DNA of 63,191 nt, counting the filler, from Choristocarpus tenellus KU-1152 (lineage: Eukaryota > Protista > Phaeophyceae): the NCBI GenBank assembly GCA_964200185.2. It is 9 parts of 9 records of this genome, joined end to end, with 100 filler letters (N's around TTAATTAATTAA, not from the genome) between each part and the next. Parts side by side here need not be neighbours in the genome. Positions count along the whole stretch, not along the records: positions 17,801 to 33,248 come from CAXNAD020000999.1; positions 33,349 to 36,135 come from CAXNAD020024762.1; positions 36,236 to 40,449 come from CAXNAD020015654.1; positions 40,550 to 49,328 come from CAXNAD020004340.1; 5 more parts are not named here. The stretch is one strand, 5' to 3'. A model generated the notes under the pieces. It searched no databases, was not told the DNA's origin, and saw only the letters and a program-made list of their open reading frames with translations. The first letter of the stretch is position 1. Each line of letters starts with the position of its first letter. Both the position numbers and the translations under genes were made by a program. Below are positions 28,201 through 40,985 of the stretch, piece after piece.

Positions 28201-31200
28201 TCCCCCTCCTGCTGCTGATTCATTGTTTTCCCCGGCAGCCGAAGGCGATGCCCAGGAAAACAGTTCTGACTTTTCATCTCGAGGGTTCCGGGGGAATGGA
28301 ACCGGCTCCGAGGGGGAAGTGCGACAGAGGCCAGCGGACCTGTTTTCGCTAGGGCCGCCCCCAGAGGCTCCACATCCATCACTCCCAAACCCGTGGGGTT
28401 CTTCACCTCAGAAAGCCCCGTTGATTCCTCCGCCCTGGGCTCAAAAAGCTGGGAAGGGCTTTGACCAGCCCCCTCCCTGTACTTCTTGGCAAGGGGGGGG
28501 GAAGTTTTCCTCGGATGCAGTCCCTGAGGCGTTTGTTGGTGAAGGGGATGGAGAGGCTGGGAAGTTTGGGGGGGAGGGGAGTGGTGATAAGAATGCCTTT
28601 GGTGGGGGGGAGAGTAGTGTAGCTGGGTTTTCTCGAGCACTTTCATCACAGTCCATAGCTAGTGCTGTGCCAGCAGTGGCACATGTGGGTTCTACAACGG
28701 GCTTAAGCTTTGCTGGTGGCAGCGGAAGGGGTGTGGGGGGGGGAGAGCCAGGGCGGATCTCGTTGCAATCAAGACAGCGTGGAATAGCTACAGTAGTCAG
28801 TGCAGGGACTAAACCTGCGTATCCGTCTGAACCAGGCCTAGTTGGCCACGTTTCACATATACAAGGTGGAGCTCCTCGGTATGGGGACCAATGCGGGGGA
28901 GCTTCACAGTCCCTTGCAGGAGGTGAAATTGGTGAGGGGAGGGGCAGGTGGGGGGTCAGTCCTGGTGGACAGAGTTTGGCCATAGCAGCACCTGTGTCAG
29001 CTGCAGTGGCCATGGCTGGTGGCTCTGTGGCCGCAACCCGAGATCCAAGGATTAGACCCCCCTGTGCCCTGGCAGCATTTGGTTTCGCGGGCCGGTTGGT
29101 TTGTATGCACCCCCGAGCTAAGGTGAGGCTAGCCTCTGCTGGTGCTCCTGGTCAGGGTCTTCCTGGACAAGCTGACTCATCATTTGGGGGAGGAGAAAAA
29201 CAGTCCCGCCTTCGAAAGGGGCCTGTGAAGGTGATACCTATTTTCTTGGTTAGAGGTTGTTGATAAGGAAATATTCACCTCTTTTCTTTTGTCCCGTATG
29301 TTATTTTTTTTTTGTGGTGTGAAACTAATGTATTGTTGGTTTGTGCATTCCGCTTGGGCATTTAGTTGTCTATTTGATGCCGACCTCCTGGTGCAGGACT
29401 GCACCAGTCTGATTTGTCCAAATTTTTTTTCAATATGGTGTTGGTTGTGCAGGGCTATCTCCTAATATATACATACACCACACACACACACATAAATATA
29501 TTATGTGTGTGTGTATGTGTCACAGGTTCAAACACCAAAGGTTTGCATGCGACGAAGGACAAGACACTCCCTTGGACACTATTACATCTTACTTACATAT
29601 CCCTCCTTGCCATTACTTCAAACCTTTTTCCAATTGTATGCCTAGATCTGGTCTCTGCAGAGCATTACCCCTCCCAATGCGTTCGTTGGAGATACTGGTG
29701 TGGTACCTGGACCAATGATTGGTAACACCAAGGCCGCCTTGGGGCTAGTGAGAGAGTATGTTTCGAAGAGGGCTGAAGGGGGGGAGGACACCGGGGAAGG
29801 GAAGCGCCTCCTCTGGACTGTGGTTGAAATAGCGTTGGAGCATGAGGTTTGTTCAAGGGGGTGTTGTTGTAAATCGTGGTGGTGTATTGGCAGGGGGGGT
29901 GGGTGGTAAGGGCGCCAGCCTTGAGAAGGAAAGTAAATTATCTGTTTGAATGATGTGTGATAGATGTTGGTTGGGGTGGGGTCTATTGGACGTGAATGGG
30001 GTGTATGGGGTATGTACCATCTTTTTTCTGATGTTTAACAGGAAACATGTCAGTTAGCACCACACTGCTGAATCTGAGATGCGATCAGGTGTAAACTCAT
30101 TATTATTCTGCCTTGACCCTCCTGTGGAGTTGATACCCCCCCCCTCCCCTTCTCCACTTCGTACCGAATTCAATAGCTACTTGGTGATCCCTCAACTTAT
30201 CTTTTTAACTTGTCTTTTTTATCTACCTCTTGTCCACTACCCACTCACTTTTTTTTTTGATAGGTCCGTGTTATTATTTTCATAACCAAAAAAAAAAATC
30301 CCTTGCTTTAGGCATTACAAAAAAAAAAATCTGAAAAATTCCAAAGTAAAAAAGAGCATAGGCGATAAAATTAGTATCAGTGATAGTATTTTTTTTTCTA
30401 TCAATAACGACTAGGTGTGTGCTCTAACCAACTGAGCTACAAGCCCACTTAAATAGGTGAGCACATTGTATAAAGATATCAGAAATTGTCAAGTATGATA
30501 ATGTGCTACCCTTATATATATAATGCATAGAGATTCTTTATAAGAAAGTGGTAATAATTAAAATGCAAGAATCAATAAAGGAAGGATATCGATTCTATAG
30601 AACAATTTATTTTGCAGCAATTATGGCTGTTATGGCTATAATTCCTGCTTCTTTGACGCAACTGCAAGCTCCAGAGATAAATTCTTCACATAAACTAACA
30701 ATTAAAAAAAAAATGCTTCACCTTTAGGACTTACTGGTTGTACTTCTTCAGGTATGCATATTTAGCATCACTAGCAAAAAAAGGAGATATTTGTGTATTT
30801 ATCGGAGCTGTTAATATAATGAAATGGGCTAATCAATTAATCAAAGTTGATAATATATCATTAATTGAAAGAAGCTGTAGATGAATTTACCTCACCACTA
30901 ATGTCATGAATTTTACGTCACCGGTCATAATCTGCAATTACCTGAACTGGTTCTCCTTTTCTGATAAAGACCCACTCTTTTTTATGTCCCTCTTGTCCAC
31001 CTCCCCTCCCCCCCCCTTCCAAAACCACAAGAAACATAGTTTAGATGATCCCATTGCCCACTCCTATTCTCTCTCTTTTCTCCTGCTGTGAGAATCCACA
31101 AGTAAATACAACTTGATTCGAACTGGATACGTACGCTTTGTTTACACTTATCCTGTTCTATGTTAAATCAAAACAGGGGCGACTGGTGAGTGATGCAGGC

Positions 31201-33171
31201 ACAGCAGACGAAAGCTCCCCAGAGTCCAAGCTGTTACGATACCTAAAGCTCAGTCACGCAAGGTGCCGAAGGAGTTTTACAAAACTCTCTTTAGATAATC
31301 TTACAAAAATTAACAATCAAGGGTTGGAAGCAGCAGTCTCAGAAAAGCAACTAGCCTTCCCTGGAACAAAGTCTGGGGCAAGCCAGTCTAGTAGAGGGAA
31401 GGGTAGAGGATGGGCCTCTTCAGGTACTGCAAGGCAGGGACCTGGTGTGGGGGATGGGGGGACAGGGGTAACATTTCGTGCCACCGGGCAAGGACCTTTT
31501 CCCGGTCCTTTCCCAGGAGCTGCAGCTGGAGTTCCAGGGTTGTCAGGACGTGGTGCAGGGTTTGGGGGATCGGGGATGTCGACACGGGCAGGGGATTCAC
31601 ATGGAGTTGGTGAGGGTGTTGATGGGAAGCCAGGGGACAATGGGTGGGGGGCAAGGGTGACTCAGGAGTGCTCAGCAAGTGGTGTGGGTGCTCAGGCTGT
31701 GGAGGAGGTGGAGTCACTCCTTGTGGATGGAAAGAAGGAGCAGGTAAGTCATCAGGGGGGAGGTGGTCCACTAGGACCAGCTCTACTAGGACTGCAATAG
31801 CTGTTTGTTGTGGAGTGTTTGAGGGTGCATTTCTTTTTGCGTTGTGTTTTAAGGTTTTTGAGATGTTGTGATGCCGGTACTGAAGGCTCTACTGTGTTTA
31901 GTGCAGGGTAGTACCATGTGAAGAGCAAACAAAAAAATTGGAAGACAGTTATATTCTGGTAAAGGTTTCGGTTGAGTGTGTGATAATTTTGAAGTCTTTC
32001 CATCAGGGTGGGGAAATAAAGGTAAATGGACCGGTCCATGTGCCCAACAGGTTCCAATATTTTTTAACAAGTCAGGTTCGGGTCCAAGTATTGGACCTTG
32101 CCAGTTGATGGACTGGACAGGTTGATCTGCTTCCTTTCATTTTCGGACCAGTACCATCGTTTGTTGTAACTAGACCCAACTACATGCCAATAGGCCACCG
32201 CATTAGTATGGATGACACAAAGATGGTTCTCTTCAGTTCCGATTGATTTGATCGCCGTGATTTGAAAGAGAACGGTTGAAGGGGATAGATACATTGTAGG
32301 CATGCTTACTCTCAGGTCTATTTTGGAACAGTCTAGGACACGTTTTGATAGGGTTGACCCCACCTGTTCAGGAAGATTCATCTCTATGGACGTCAACTAT
32401 TTCCACATGGCTGGGATGTTGTAGCAAGGCTGGTTCATGGCCGTCACCTATTTCATTGTGGTAAGCCCACTCCCGTGGTTGAGACCCCAGCCATGCTATC
32501 TTCCCAAGCTCATGAAGAGTGAATGACTTGGTCCTTGGTTTAGTGTGTTTCTATAGTCATGCTGTTGTGGGTTTGTATTTGGTGAGTTGGATTAATATGA
32601 GACAATACCTTCCAAATTTATTTGAATGGACAATGGTACCTATGATGCAGTGAGCCTCCTATAGACCCCTTTTGCCCTCCAATTTTTGAACCCCTAGTAC
32701 TAATCTTGAAATCTGGTCTCTTTGCCCTGATCCTTTATTTTGAAGGCTGTGGAAGCTGCTATTCGAACTGGCCTGTGGGGACTTGCCATTCTAATTTCAT
32801 CTCAGTGCCCTCCCCCCGCCCCTTCGGAGCAAGGTCCGGGGGATGGTTTAGGGGTGGGGCAGGGGGGAGTGGAAAATGCCTCTGTAACAGGGCAGTCTCC
32901 TGTGTACCAAAGAGTTGTTAGGCAGTATGCTGATGCCTTCCTTCGTCAAGGAACGCCTCTGCACACCATGGCATTGGCGTTCTCTGGTCAGGCAGGGACA
33001 GCTATCAAGCATGGAGGGAAGAGCTTGTCAGCCCTGGGAATGGGAGGAGTCAACAGGGATGGGGGGGTGGTTGGAGGAGTAAACAGGGATGCTGGGGGAA
33101 AGGATACCAACAGTGGGGATACCTTGGTGGATAACTGGAGGGTCACTGCAGCTGCCATTCTCAGCAACAAG
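22292..33171 (+). CDS. SEC16: Sec16 homologue (COPII/ER exit-site scaffold), 3'-truncated at the contig end; exons 22292-26047, ~26813-29230, 29646-29846, 31177-31743, 32746-33171
   Basis: Long disordered N-terminus, then Sec16 central-domain motifs: PPCALAAFGFAGRLV, PGPM, RLLWTVVEIALEHE|GRL, EVESLLVDGKKEQ|AVEAAIRTGLWGLAILISS, GTPLHTM, LVDNWRVTAAAILSNK. All introns are phase-0 GT-AG. Confidence 0.88.
30413..30446 (-). pseudogene. 5' half of a bacterial-type tRNA (Ile-like), truncated in the anticodon loop
   Basis: Minus strand reads GGGCTTG TA GCTC AGTTGGTTA GAGC A CACAC CT: acceptor strand, paired D-arm, 5' anticodon stem and C32-U33. The 3' half is absent. Confidence 0.8.
30465..30492 (-). 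promoter_or_regulatory. Sigma70-like promoter upstream of the tRNA fragment
   Basis: TTGACA (30492-30487), 16-nt spacer, TACAAT (30470-30465), ending 18 nt before the tRNA 5' end. Confidence 0.65.
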
Positions 33172-33383
33172 GTCAGAGAGGGGGGAGTTAGTAAAACAGG
33201 AGAGGCGTTGAGTTTTAAGGCCTGTAATCGGTGTTGTTCCAAGATGCCNNNNNNNNNNNNNNNNNNNNNNNNNNNNNNNNNNNNNNNNNNNNTTAATTAA
33301 TTAANNNNNNNNNNNNNNNNNNNNNNNNNNNNNNNNNNNNNNNNNNNNTAAACGGAGGTATATATATATATACCCCCTTTCGC

Positions 33384-33420
<37 letters not shown>

Positions 33421-33511
33421 ACTCTGCCCCTTATTCCAAACTGGCAGCACTGATCTTGAAAAGTGGTTGTGATGAGTCTTTTTACCTTTTTTTCTTTTGC
33501 ATGATTTGCTT

Positions 33512-33552
33512 ACCATTCTTGACCATTCTTGACCATTCTTGACCATTCTTGA
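33512..33552. repeat. 10-bp tandem repeat (ACCATTCTTG)x4
   Basis: Directly visible. Confidence 0.9.
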
Positions 33553-34193
33553 AATGTTTCTTGTTTTTTTGGTGCATTTTGATTGGTCCAGAGAGAGAGA
33601 TCGTGTGTACATTGGTCATCAAGATTTGCGTGATGTGGCAGTTTCATGATGATTCATACTGCTCTTGGGTTATCGTCTCGCTTCAGAATTGGTTCATGCG
33701 AGGAATGAGAGAATTCCGGTGATGGAGACCTTCACTTTGAATACTTCTATACATGTGTTTACATAAATACTACATACATATGTACATACATTTATATGTG
33801 TATACACACACAACCAAGCATAGACGTTCTTGAAGTACATGGCAGAAGAGGAAGGTTTCCTCTAACCTCAATGTGAAATTTGTCTGTGCAGGCTGTAGGT
33901 ATCTAGAATAGCCCGTAAGTACTGCTGAGGACACGGAATTGATACTGGAGTTGACATTTGAAGCTACAATATAGGACTGAACCCTTCATATCATGCACAA
34001 TATTCCGTGGACTGAGCTCTGGGCAGGGCTCTGGGCGGAGCTCTGTAGACTGGGCGTTTGATCACCTTGCACTGCCTGACGTCTTGTCTCACTTCGGAAC
34101 CCAATAAATAGTATTGATGGTGATATACTCAGCCACTGCATCACACCACTGTGCCCTAACCCTAACATTTTTTGTTTGTTTGTTGTGCTACAG

Positions 34194-35308
34194 ACACATG
34201 CTTCGTCAGACTGGTCTAGAGGTTTTCATGGAGAATGAGGTGGGCGGTGAGGGGGGCTTGAGCGCCTTCTTCAACTTCAGGGCATCCAATGAGAGAGATA
34301 AGGTACGTATCCTTTGCATGCCTGTGTGTGTTGATGTGTGTGTTTGTGTGCTACAATACATCCACCTTCAGACTTTTTTTTTCCCAACACATCCCTAACC
34401 CTATTCTACGATCGATTATATAGTAGATCTGAGTTCTTTTGATCGGATGTAATTAATCATTGCTGTGTTCATGGTGTAGGTTTTTTAATCATCAGCAGTA
34501 ATAAAATTACTACCACTACAAATAATAATTTGGTAGTAGTACCAAGGGTATTTCAAGGTTAGTGATAGGGTTGCGTGAGGGTACTCCACGAGTATAATGA
34601 TAGTATTAATAGTATAATGTACTAGTAATTGATGGGATTATGTCTGGTACCTAGTCCTTGAGGCGCTGGGGAAGATCTGATGACACACGCCTTACCTGAC
34701 TTAGGGAGCATACAGTTGTGTTTGGGTTAGGCTTATAATTTTTTTAATTTCAAATGAGTTTTTATCTTTCCTTTCTCGAAACTTGTGATTTTCAACAGCA
34801 TTGGGCAACTGTTAACCTGGAAGATGCACAGACTATTGACCGGTCATGGTTGTGTAGATGTACCCTAACCCTAACCCTAACCCTAACCCTAACCCCCATG
34901 TTATTGTTAAGTAGTGTGTAATATGTAATATGTAGTAATAATACTAATACTAATAGGGCTAATAAGTATCTTTTTCCGTATTATAGTTAGGGATATGGGG
35001 AGGTCAGGGTTAAGGGAGTCACAGCACGATACATGTGTGTTTGAATGAATACCTGGACTTTGTCCGCCCTGTAGTTTGATCTTGAAAGGAAAGTTTGATC
35101 TTGAAAGGAAGCGCTTATCATCCGCAGAAGCGACTTGTTTTTTTTAAAGACATTCTTGCCGGGCATTAAGTTCCCATAGAGAGTTTCAAGCTTGTTTACT
35201 GTTGCCTCTCTGTTGAGGTGGTGGTGTTAGCGAACTTGGGAGGGCACAATTCAGCACTCCGTCTTCTGTCAGTAGGGTACACGGTGAGGTATGGTGCCTT
35301 TGTGCATT

Positions 35309-35342
<34 letters not shown>

Positions 35343-35449
35343 GTGTTTTAACAACGGTGTGGAAAGTGCAACTTTTTTTTTCTTATTTTTTGCCCCTATT
35401 TGTTGCCTGTGAAATCCGTTGTTGTCTCACGTTTTTTATTATTTATCAT

Positions 35450-35505
<56 letters not shown>

Positions 35506-35888
35506 GTGTGTGTTGTGTGTGTGTTTTCTTTTTTTAAAGGCTTTTCACATTTGAACTCTTTCTCACGTGGTACTACTCTGATGGGGAGAAATATTATATA
35601 CTAACATGAGAAAACTTAAAAATGTGTGTATGTTTTTTTTAACGGATCATGATTTTTTTCTTTGGCATTTGCCTTCCCGTCACTCACAGAACCAGCTGCC
35701 CTCCCAACATACGCTCCCCCTTTAAGACAACTCAGTTTTTCATATATTATGTTCCTCTCTTTGCCTATGGCGGAATTGTTATTTTTGTATAGATGTATGA
35801 ACTGTTGATGCGGCAGCCCAAGGTGGGCGCTAGGGCCTCTTCTGGTGCTGATGTTGAGGCCATGACTAGGCGGTGGCAGAGGGGACAG
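34194..35888 (+). CDS. Two internal exons (34194-34302, 35793-35888) of a PH-BEACH protein, FAN/NSMAF-like
   Basis: (R)HMLRQTGLEVFMEN...SAFFNFRASNERDK|MYELL...VEAMTRRWQRGQ is the end of the BEACH-associated PH domain and the start of BEACH (T.RWQ.G.). AG/GT borders are in phase. Confidence 0.8.
34863..34894. repeat. Interstitial telomeric tract (CCCTAA)5 in an intron
   Basis: Directly visible. Confidence 0.9.
35311..35523. repeat. (GTT)n and (GT)n microsatellites
   Basis: GTT run at 35311-35340 and GT run at ~35451-35523. Confidence 0.95.
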
Positions 35889-36316
35889 GTACGATCACGA
35901 ATTGTTTTCAGTAAATTTGTTAGTTTCCTCTGTGCTGCAAGGCGATCGCAAACGCCTGCGTAGTGTGGATTTTTTTTTTTTTTCCCCTTGTAGTGCTGCA
36001 TTGTACTTCGATCATGTGTATATGTGGTGTGTACTTGTGTGTATGTGTATGTGGGGGGGGAGGGGGGTGAGGGGACGGTGGGGGGGGGGTGTGATAAGAT
36101 CTACCTTGAACGTAACTTGCCCCAATGCTCCAATGNNNNNNNNNNNNNNNNNNNNNNNNNNNNNNNNNNNNNNNNNNNNTTAATTAATTAANNNNNNNNN
36201 NNNNNNNNNNNNNNNNNNNNNNNNNNNNNNNNNNNCCGAAACGGACGCCCCCTCACAAACTACTCCCCCCCCCCCAAGATACTTTGACCCTCCATGGATC
36301 CCAATATCTCAATTAC

Positions 36317-36541
36317 CTTTGTCACAGTGCGTGTGCCATCTGGATTCACTGCCACGGAGGCATCCCCCGCCTCTGCCCGTACAGGCCTTCTAGCAGCAGC
36401 CTTCATCTCCACCTCCCCAATAGCATGCAGTTCCATCTCCAGTATGGACGGGGCCATGGAAGCAGGCATGTCTCCCTCTGATTCCACTGCTGCAACACTT
36501 GGCCGGTGGATATTGCTTACCAGACTAGCCTTTCCAGGGAT
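36317..36541 (-). CDS. Probable internal exon of an unknown protein
   Basis: 225-nt open phase 0-0 segment (IPGKASLV...TRTVTK) bounded by CAG and GTAATT. Confidence 0.45.
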
Positions 36542-37736
36542 CTGGATTTGGGGAAAATAAATAAATAATGTTAACAAAATGATATTCTAGCTATAAAATA
36601 AAAAAAATGATCACACAACGTATACAAAAGCAGTTACATGCAAATCATGTCATACTTACCCATGCATACAATACATGCACAGATTGTGAGTGTGCGAATA
36701 CATAATGTAGAAACATCTCAGCGCATGCAATGGCCATGTATACTTGCTTTTGTAAGCCAAATCATGATAGAGTTACACATAATTCACCTACAGAACATAG
36801 AATTAACACTCTTGTCTGATTAAGCATGTTGTAAGAAACTCTCAATGTGTTCATTGCTTGGGCGATTACATGACTTGAGCTGTTGTTTTAGCATAATGTA
36901 TAATAGTTATCACAGCTTCCTTAGAACACTGCTGTGCCACAAAGCTTATTTTGTGCCAGCAAAAACACACACTTGTATCACAGAACCTCAAACACCTCAG
37001 CCTTGACCTTTCAAATGTCTTTAATGCTTCAGGGATACACCTGAGGTACTGCCATAGATAACTGCACTGCCTTTGAGTAAACGACTTCATGTTTTCTGGA
37101 TCCTCAGGATGATCTTGGTCATAGTCGCGACTTCATCCCTGATGGTGCACCCAAGAAGAAAAGATTAAACCAATCAGTCTACTTGCAGTTCTGATCCAGT
37201 GCCTCCATCTACATGATGTCTGCAGCCCCAATAGGAGGCCAAGAAGAGTCTGGAGAGGATTGGCGCAAGAATATACTCTTGTTGATTGCCCTGTCCAACC
37301 TCAAACCAGTCTGTGCACTTGCCATCATGCATGTGAACACATGCCTGCATTCCATGATAGGATTGGTGGATGGCTCAAATAATATTCTCGCACACTCCAA
37401 ATTTGGCAAGCACAGCCCAAAAGAGACTGGGATCAACACAAAACACATGAACAGAGGTACACACTTTTCCTGACCGAACTCTTCAACAGAAAATATGGGG
37501 TACATCATTTCCAATCCAATGTGTAATCAGTGTAATCATTGTAATCATTGTAGCAAAGCCGTCGGAAACCAGACTCTTTGGCATGGACTATGTTCTCCCA
37601 TTCCAGGTAATCCTCCAGCTGCTATGCAACAAACTTGAGAGATACTTCTCCACCATGCCCTACGAAAGAGATGCCCCTGTCGTTACCATATTCAGTGTGA
37701 TCCTTCTTCTTGTGAGGCACTGCGACAACAACAGCA

Positions 37737-38884
37737 CCCTAACCCTAACCCTAACCCTACGGCACAACTTCCTTTTCCTCGACCATGAAATTGAAATTGA
37801 AATTGAAATTGTACCACAGGTTAGGAAGGATGTAGTCAACGCAGTACCCCTCAAGGATCAGACACTTCTTTGGTGGCAAAGCAGTTGGAAAGCAGTTGGA
37901 AAGCAGTTGGAAAGTAGTGCAAGTAGTGAAGCTGATGATAGGGGTTGATAGGGGTTGATTGTCTCAAGGAGAAAAGATTGAGACACAGGCTGAGTCATAT
38001 TCTTCCTCCTTAAGTTGAGGAGGCAATTCTACTTCTTGACTGACATGGAAGTAATGGTTGCAAGAGTGGACTATTAGGGTTAGGGTTAGTGAATCTGCAC
38101 ACTGCTGTATCAGGCAAAGATCAACTTCCTGAGTGCTTATGCCTTCATTCCAGAGGTGCAGACAGACATCAGAGGGCTACTGGACCAATCGATGTGTGGT
38201 TGCATATTGCTTTAAAATTTCACATTGCATGTACCTTCTTATCAACAACTAACCCTAACCCTAAGACCACGCCTGGTTTGAATAAAAGTATGTTTGGCTG
38301 AGCCATAATAGGTCGATTTCTTAAAGAATGCCCACTTGAAAAGGTGACGCTATAAAAGTCGCAGCACCTGTCTTGAAGAGGGCAACCTAGTATAAACAAC
38401 AAAAAAATCTTGTCAATTCTCATCCCACTTCATTTTACATCATTTATTCAGCACCTTGTAAGGCATTTCCAATGCAGTGAGCAGCAGGCGGTGAACAACA
38501 ATATCTGCATAACGCCTGATAGGACTGGTGAAGTGGGTGTACACCTCCAGACCGAGCCCAAAGTGTGAAAAGCGATCAACTCCTGATCCTGTTCCAAACA
38601 ACATTATATATTTTTTTCAATTCACAGTTTTTTTTTCTTAAATGGACAGGTTTGCTGAGCGATGGCGTTTATATCATGAATTATATAAAAAAAGGAAAAG
38701 GAACGGATTGGGCATTGGTACTGAACTCAGCCAATAACATAATAGCTCAGCACAGACCAGACGCATAGCATTGGCCAATAAAAAATTATTCCCTTCTAAT
38801 CCTAACACTATAAGGTTACAGAAGTTAGGGTTAGGGTTAGAGTAATGTGTTTTGAACAAAAAAAGACTTCCTGCAGCATTGTAT

Positions 38885-38919
<35 letters not shown>

Positions 38920-39782
38920 TTGTATAGCTGTGTGTATGAATTCTGGTACCAAGTAACAAAAGCTCTTTCTGTGTAGGTGATTGTTTTTTTGAAATGTTCC
39001 AAGAAGAAGAAAACTTCAAAACAAAATGATCCATTCAGCGAACACTATTTCATCCACAGTACATCATAGAACTTAGGGTTAGGGTTAGTAGCGCCAGCCC
39101 TTGAAGCTTAGGCTTACTTATTCAATACATTTAAAAAGAGAAATGTATGACATTACATAAAAAAAAGAAAAGTATGACTGTGCACAGGATGTTTCCACAA
39201 AAAATTCCGAAACGTAGGAGCTATGGTTAGGGTTAGGGTTAGGGGAAAATAAAACAATAACAGTAAGGAGGCAATTCTTCATGTCTATTGTTCAAACACC
39301 ACTATAAATTAAAACAAAGAACCAAGTATAGCCTGTAAGGTCAAACTTCAACAGTCTTAGGGTTAGGGTTAATGAGAATGCTCAACACCTAGCACTGCAA
39401 CTCCATCAACAAGAACTATTTCAGCCTTCTTGGGTGAGTGTCAGAGATACCTTGAGTAAATGGTAACACTACTAGCTCTTATGTTATTTGAAAAAGGAAG
39501 GCTAGGATTAGGGCTGGGGCTAGGAACAGTGCCAGATATTGACCAAAAAAGCTAAAGGGGGCAGGGGTAGAGGACTGACTCAAAATACAAGACCAGAATT
39601 GGAAAGGTGATTGACTACGAAGTATTAAACTTAGGGTTAGGGTTGATCCAAAGGTTCTACTGCCTATAGTAATAATAATAAAAATAATGACATTCAAAGT
39701 AGGAGATAGGAATTGGTTCATTCAAGGTGTGCTGTGTAGGCAGTGGATTGTCCTTGGTGATGAGAGACACGTTATCACTTGT

Positions 39783-39813
<31 letters not shown>

Positions 39814-40447
39814 CCTAGAAAGACATGGAGTTGCACACTATTTCCAATAATAGGGGTCTGATGGAGAGACAGCATGATGGTGACAGCTGAGACTACGATA
39901 CTATCCTAGCCCTCTATAAAAAATGAATTGGGGTATGTCTGAACTACGGTGACTCTGTTCAGGGTTAGGGTTAGGATTTAGTTCTGTTCACCACAGACAA
40001 GGAGTTATTGGGACAAACTATACACACGAAGCTAGTATAAAAATAATACAATAACAATATAGAGTTAGGGGTAGTGGAAGGTAATCTCCTACTTGTATGT
40101 AAGAGTATATGATGTACTCTTGTTGCACTTTAATCAAATTGATCTTATTGCAGAGGGGATATTTATACCACAATAAAAAAAAAATATTTAGGAACAAGAA
40201 ACTGGCTCTAACATATATACTTCATGTGCGCCCGTTACTGTGAATGTACAAAACAAAAATCAGCAAAATGATAACAAAAATATTCTACCAGTAATTCTTA
40301 TTATTTCCATGAAAAATTAAAAAAATTCACGCATACATACATACATACATGCATGCATACATGCATACATACATACAAAGGTCACCTCTACCCCCACAAC
40401 AACTCCCCCCTGAACAATACTTAGGGGGTTAGGGTTAGGGTTAGGGT
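37737..40447. repeat. Cluster of ~10 short interstitial telomeric tracts
   Basis: (TTAGGG)2-4 at ~38074, 38824, 39073, 39225, 39357, 39631, 39961 and 40421; (CCCTAA)n at 37737 and 38249. Confidence 0.9.
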
Positions 40448-40549
40448 CGNNNNNNNNNNNNNNNNNNNNNNNNNNNNNNNNNNNNNNNNNNNNTTAATTA
40501 ATTAANNNNNNNNNNNNNNNNNNNNNNNNNNNNNNNNNNNNNNNNNNNN

Positions 40550-40721
40550 CACTTTTCCTGATTTTGGTCCAAATGGACACCCTGGTGTAGACCCCCGCCC
40601 CCTCCCAGATACATTGAGTCTTCCATACGTCAGATGGATAATGAAAGTGCACTTTTCCTGGATATGGCCCAAATGGACACCCTGGTGTTGACCCCCTCCC
40701 CCTCCACAGATACTTTGGGTC
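40550..40721. mobile_element. Two family A MITE ends in tandem (nested insertion or partial duplication)
   Basis: The first TIR ends AGATACATTGAGTC at 40620. It is followed by internal MITE sequence and a second TIR ending AGATACTTTGGGTC at 40721. Confidence 0.8.
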
Positions 40722-40985
40722 TTCATGCTGAGATAGCCAGGGAAAAATCATCACGTGCTAGGAAGGTAGGTGCTGCTCTGTCTTCCCATATCCGTAGTGT
40801 TGAGATAAACACAACACATCCCTGACAAGTAAGTTCCCGATCCAAAATGGTATCAAGACAAAAAAAAGAAGGAAATCCCCCAGAATATTCTAGGGTTCAA
40901 TGGTATGCTCTAGAACACGACCGACAAGTGGAGGGAAGATCTGTCGCTACATGCTCTTCAGCTTCGTATTGGTTTCTTGGACGTA

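Noticed and set aside
36866-37514. Broken minus-strand ORFs as a transposase remnant
   Set aside because: No recognisable catalytic motif.
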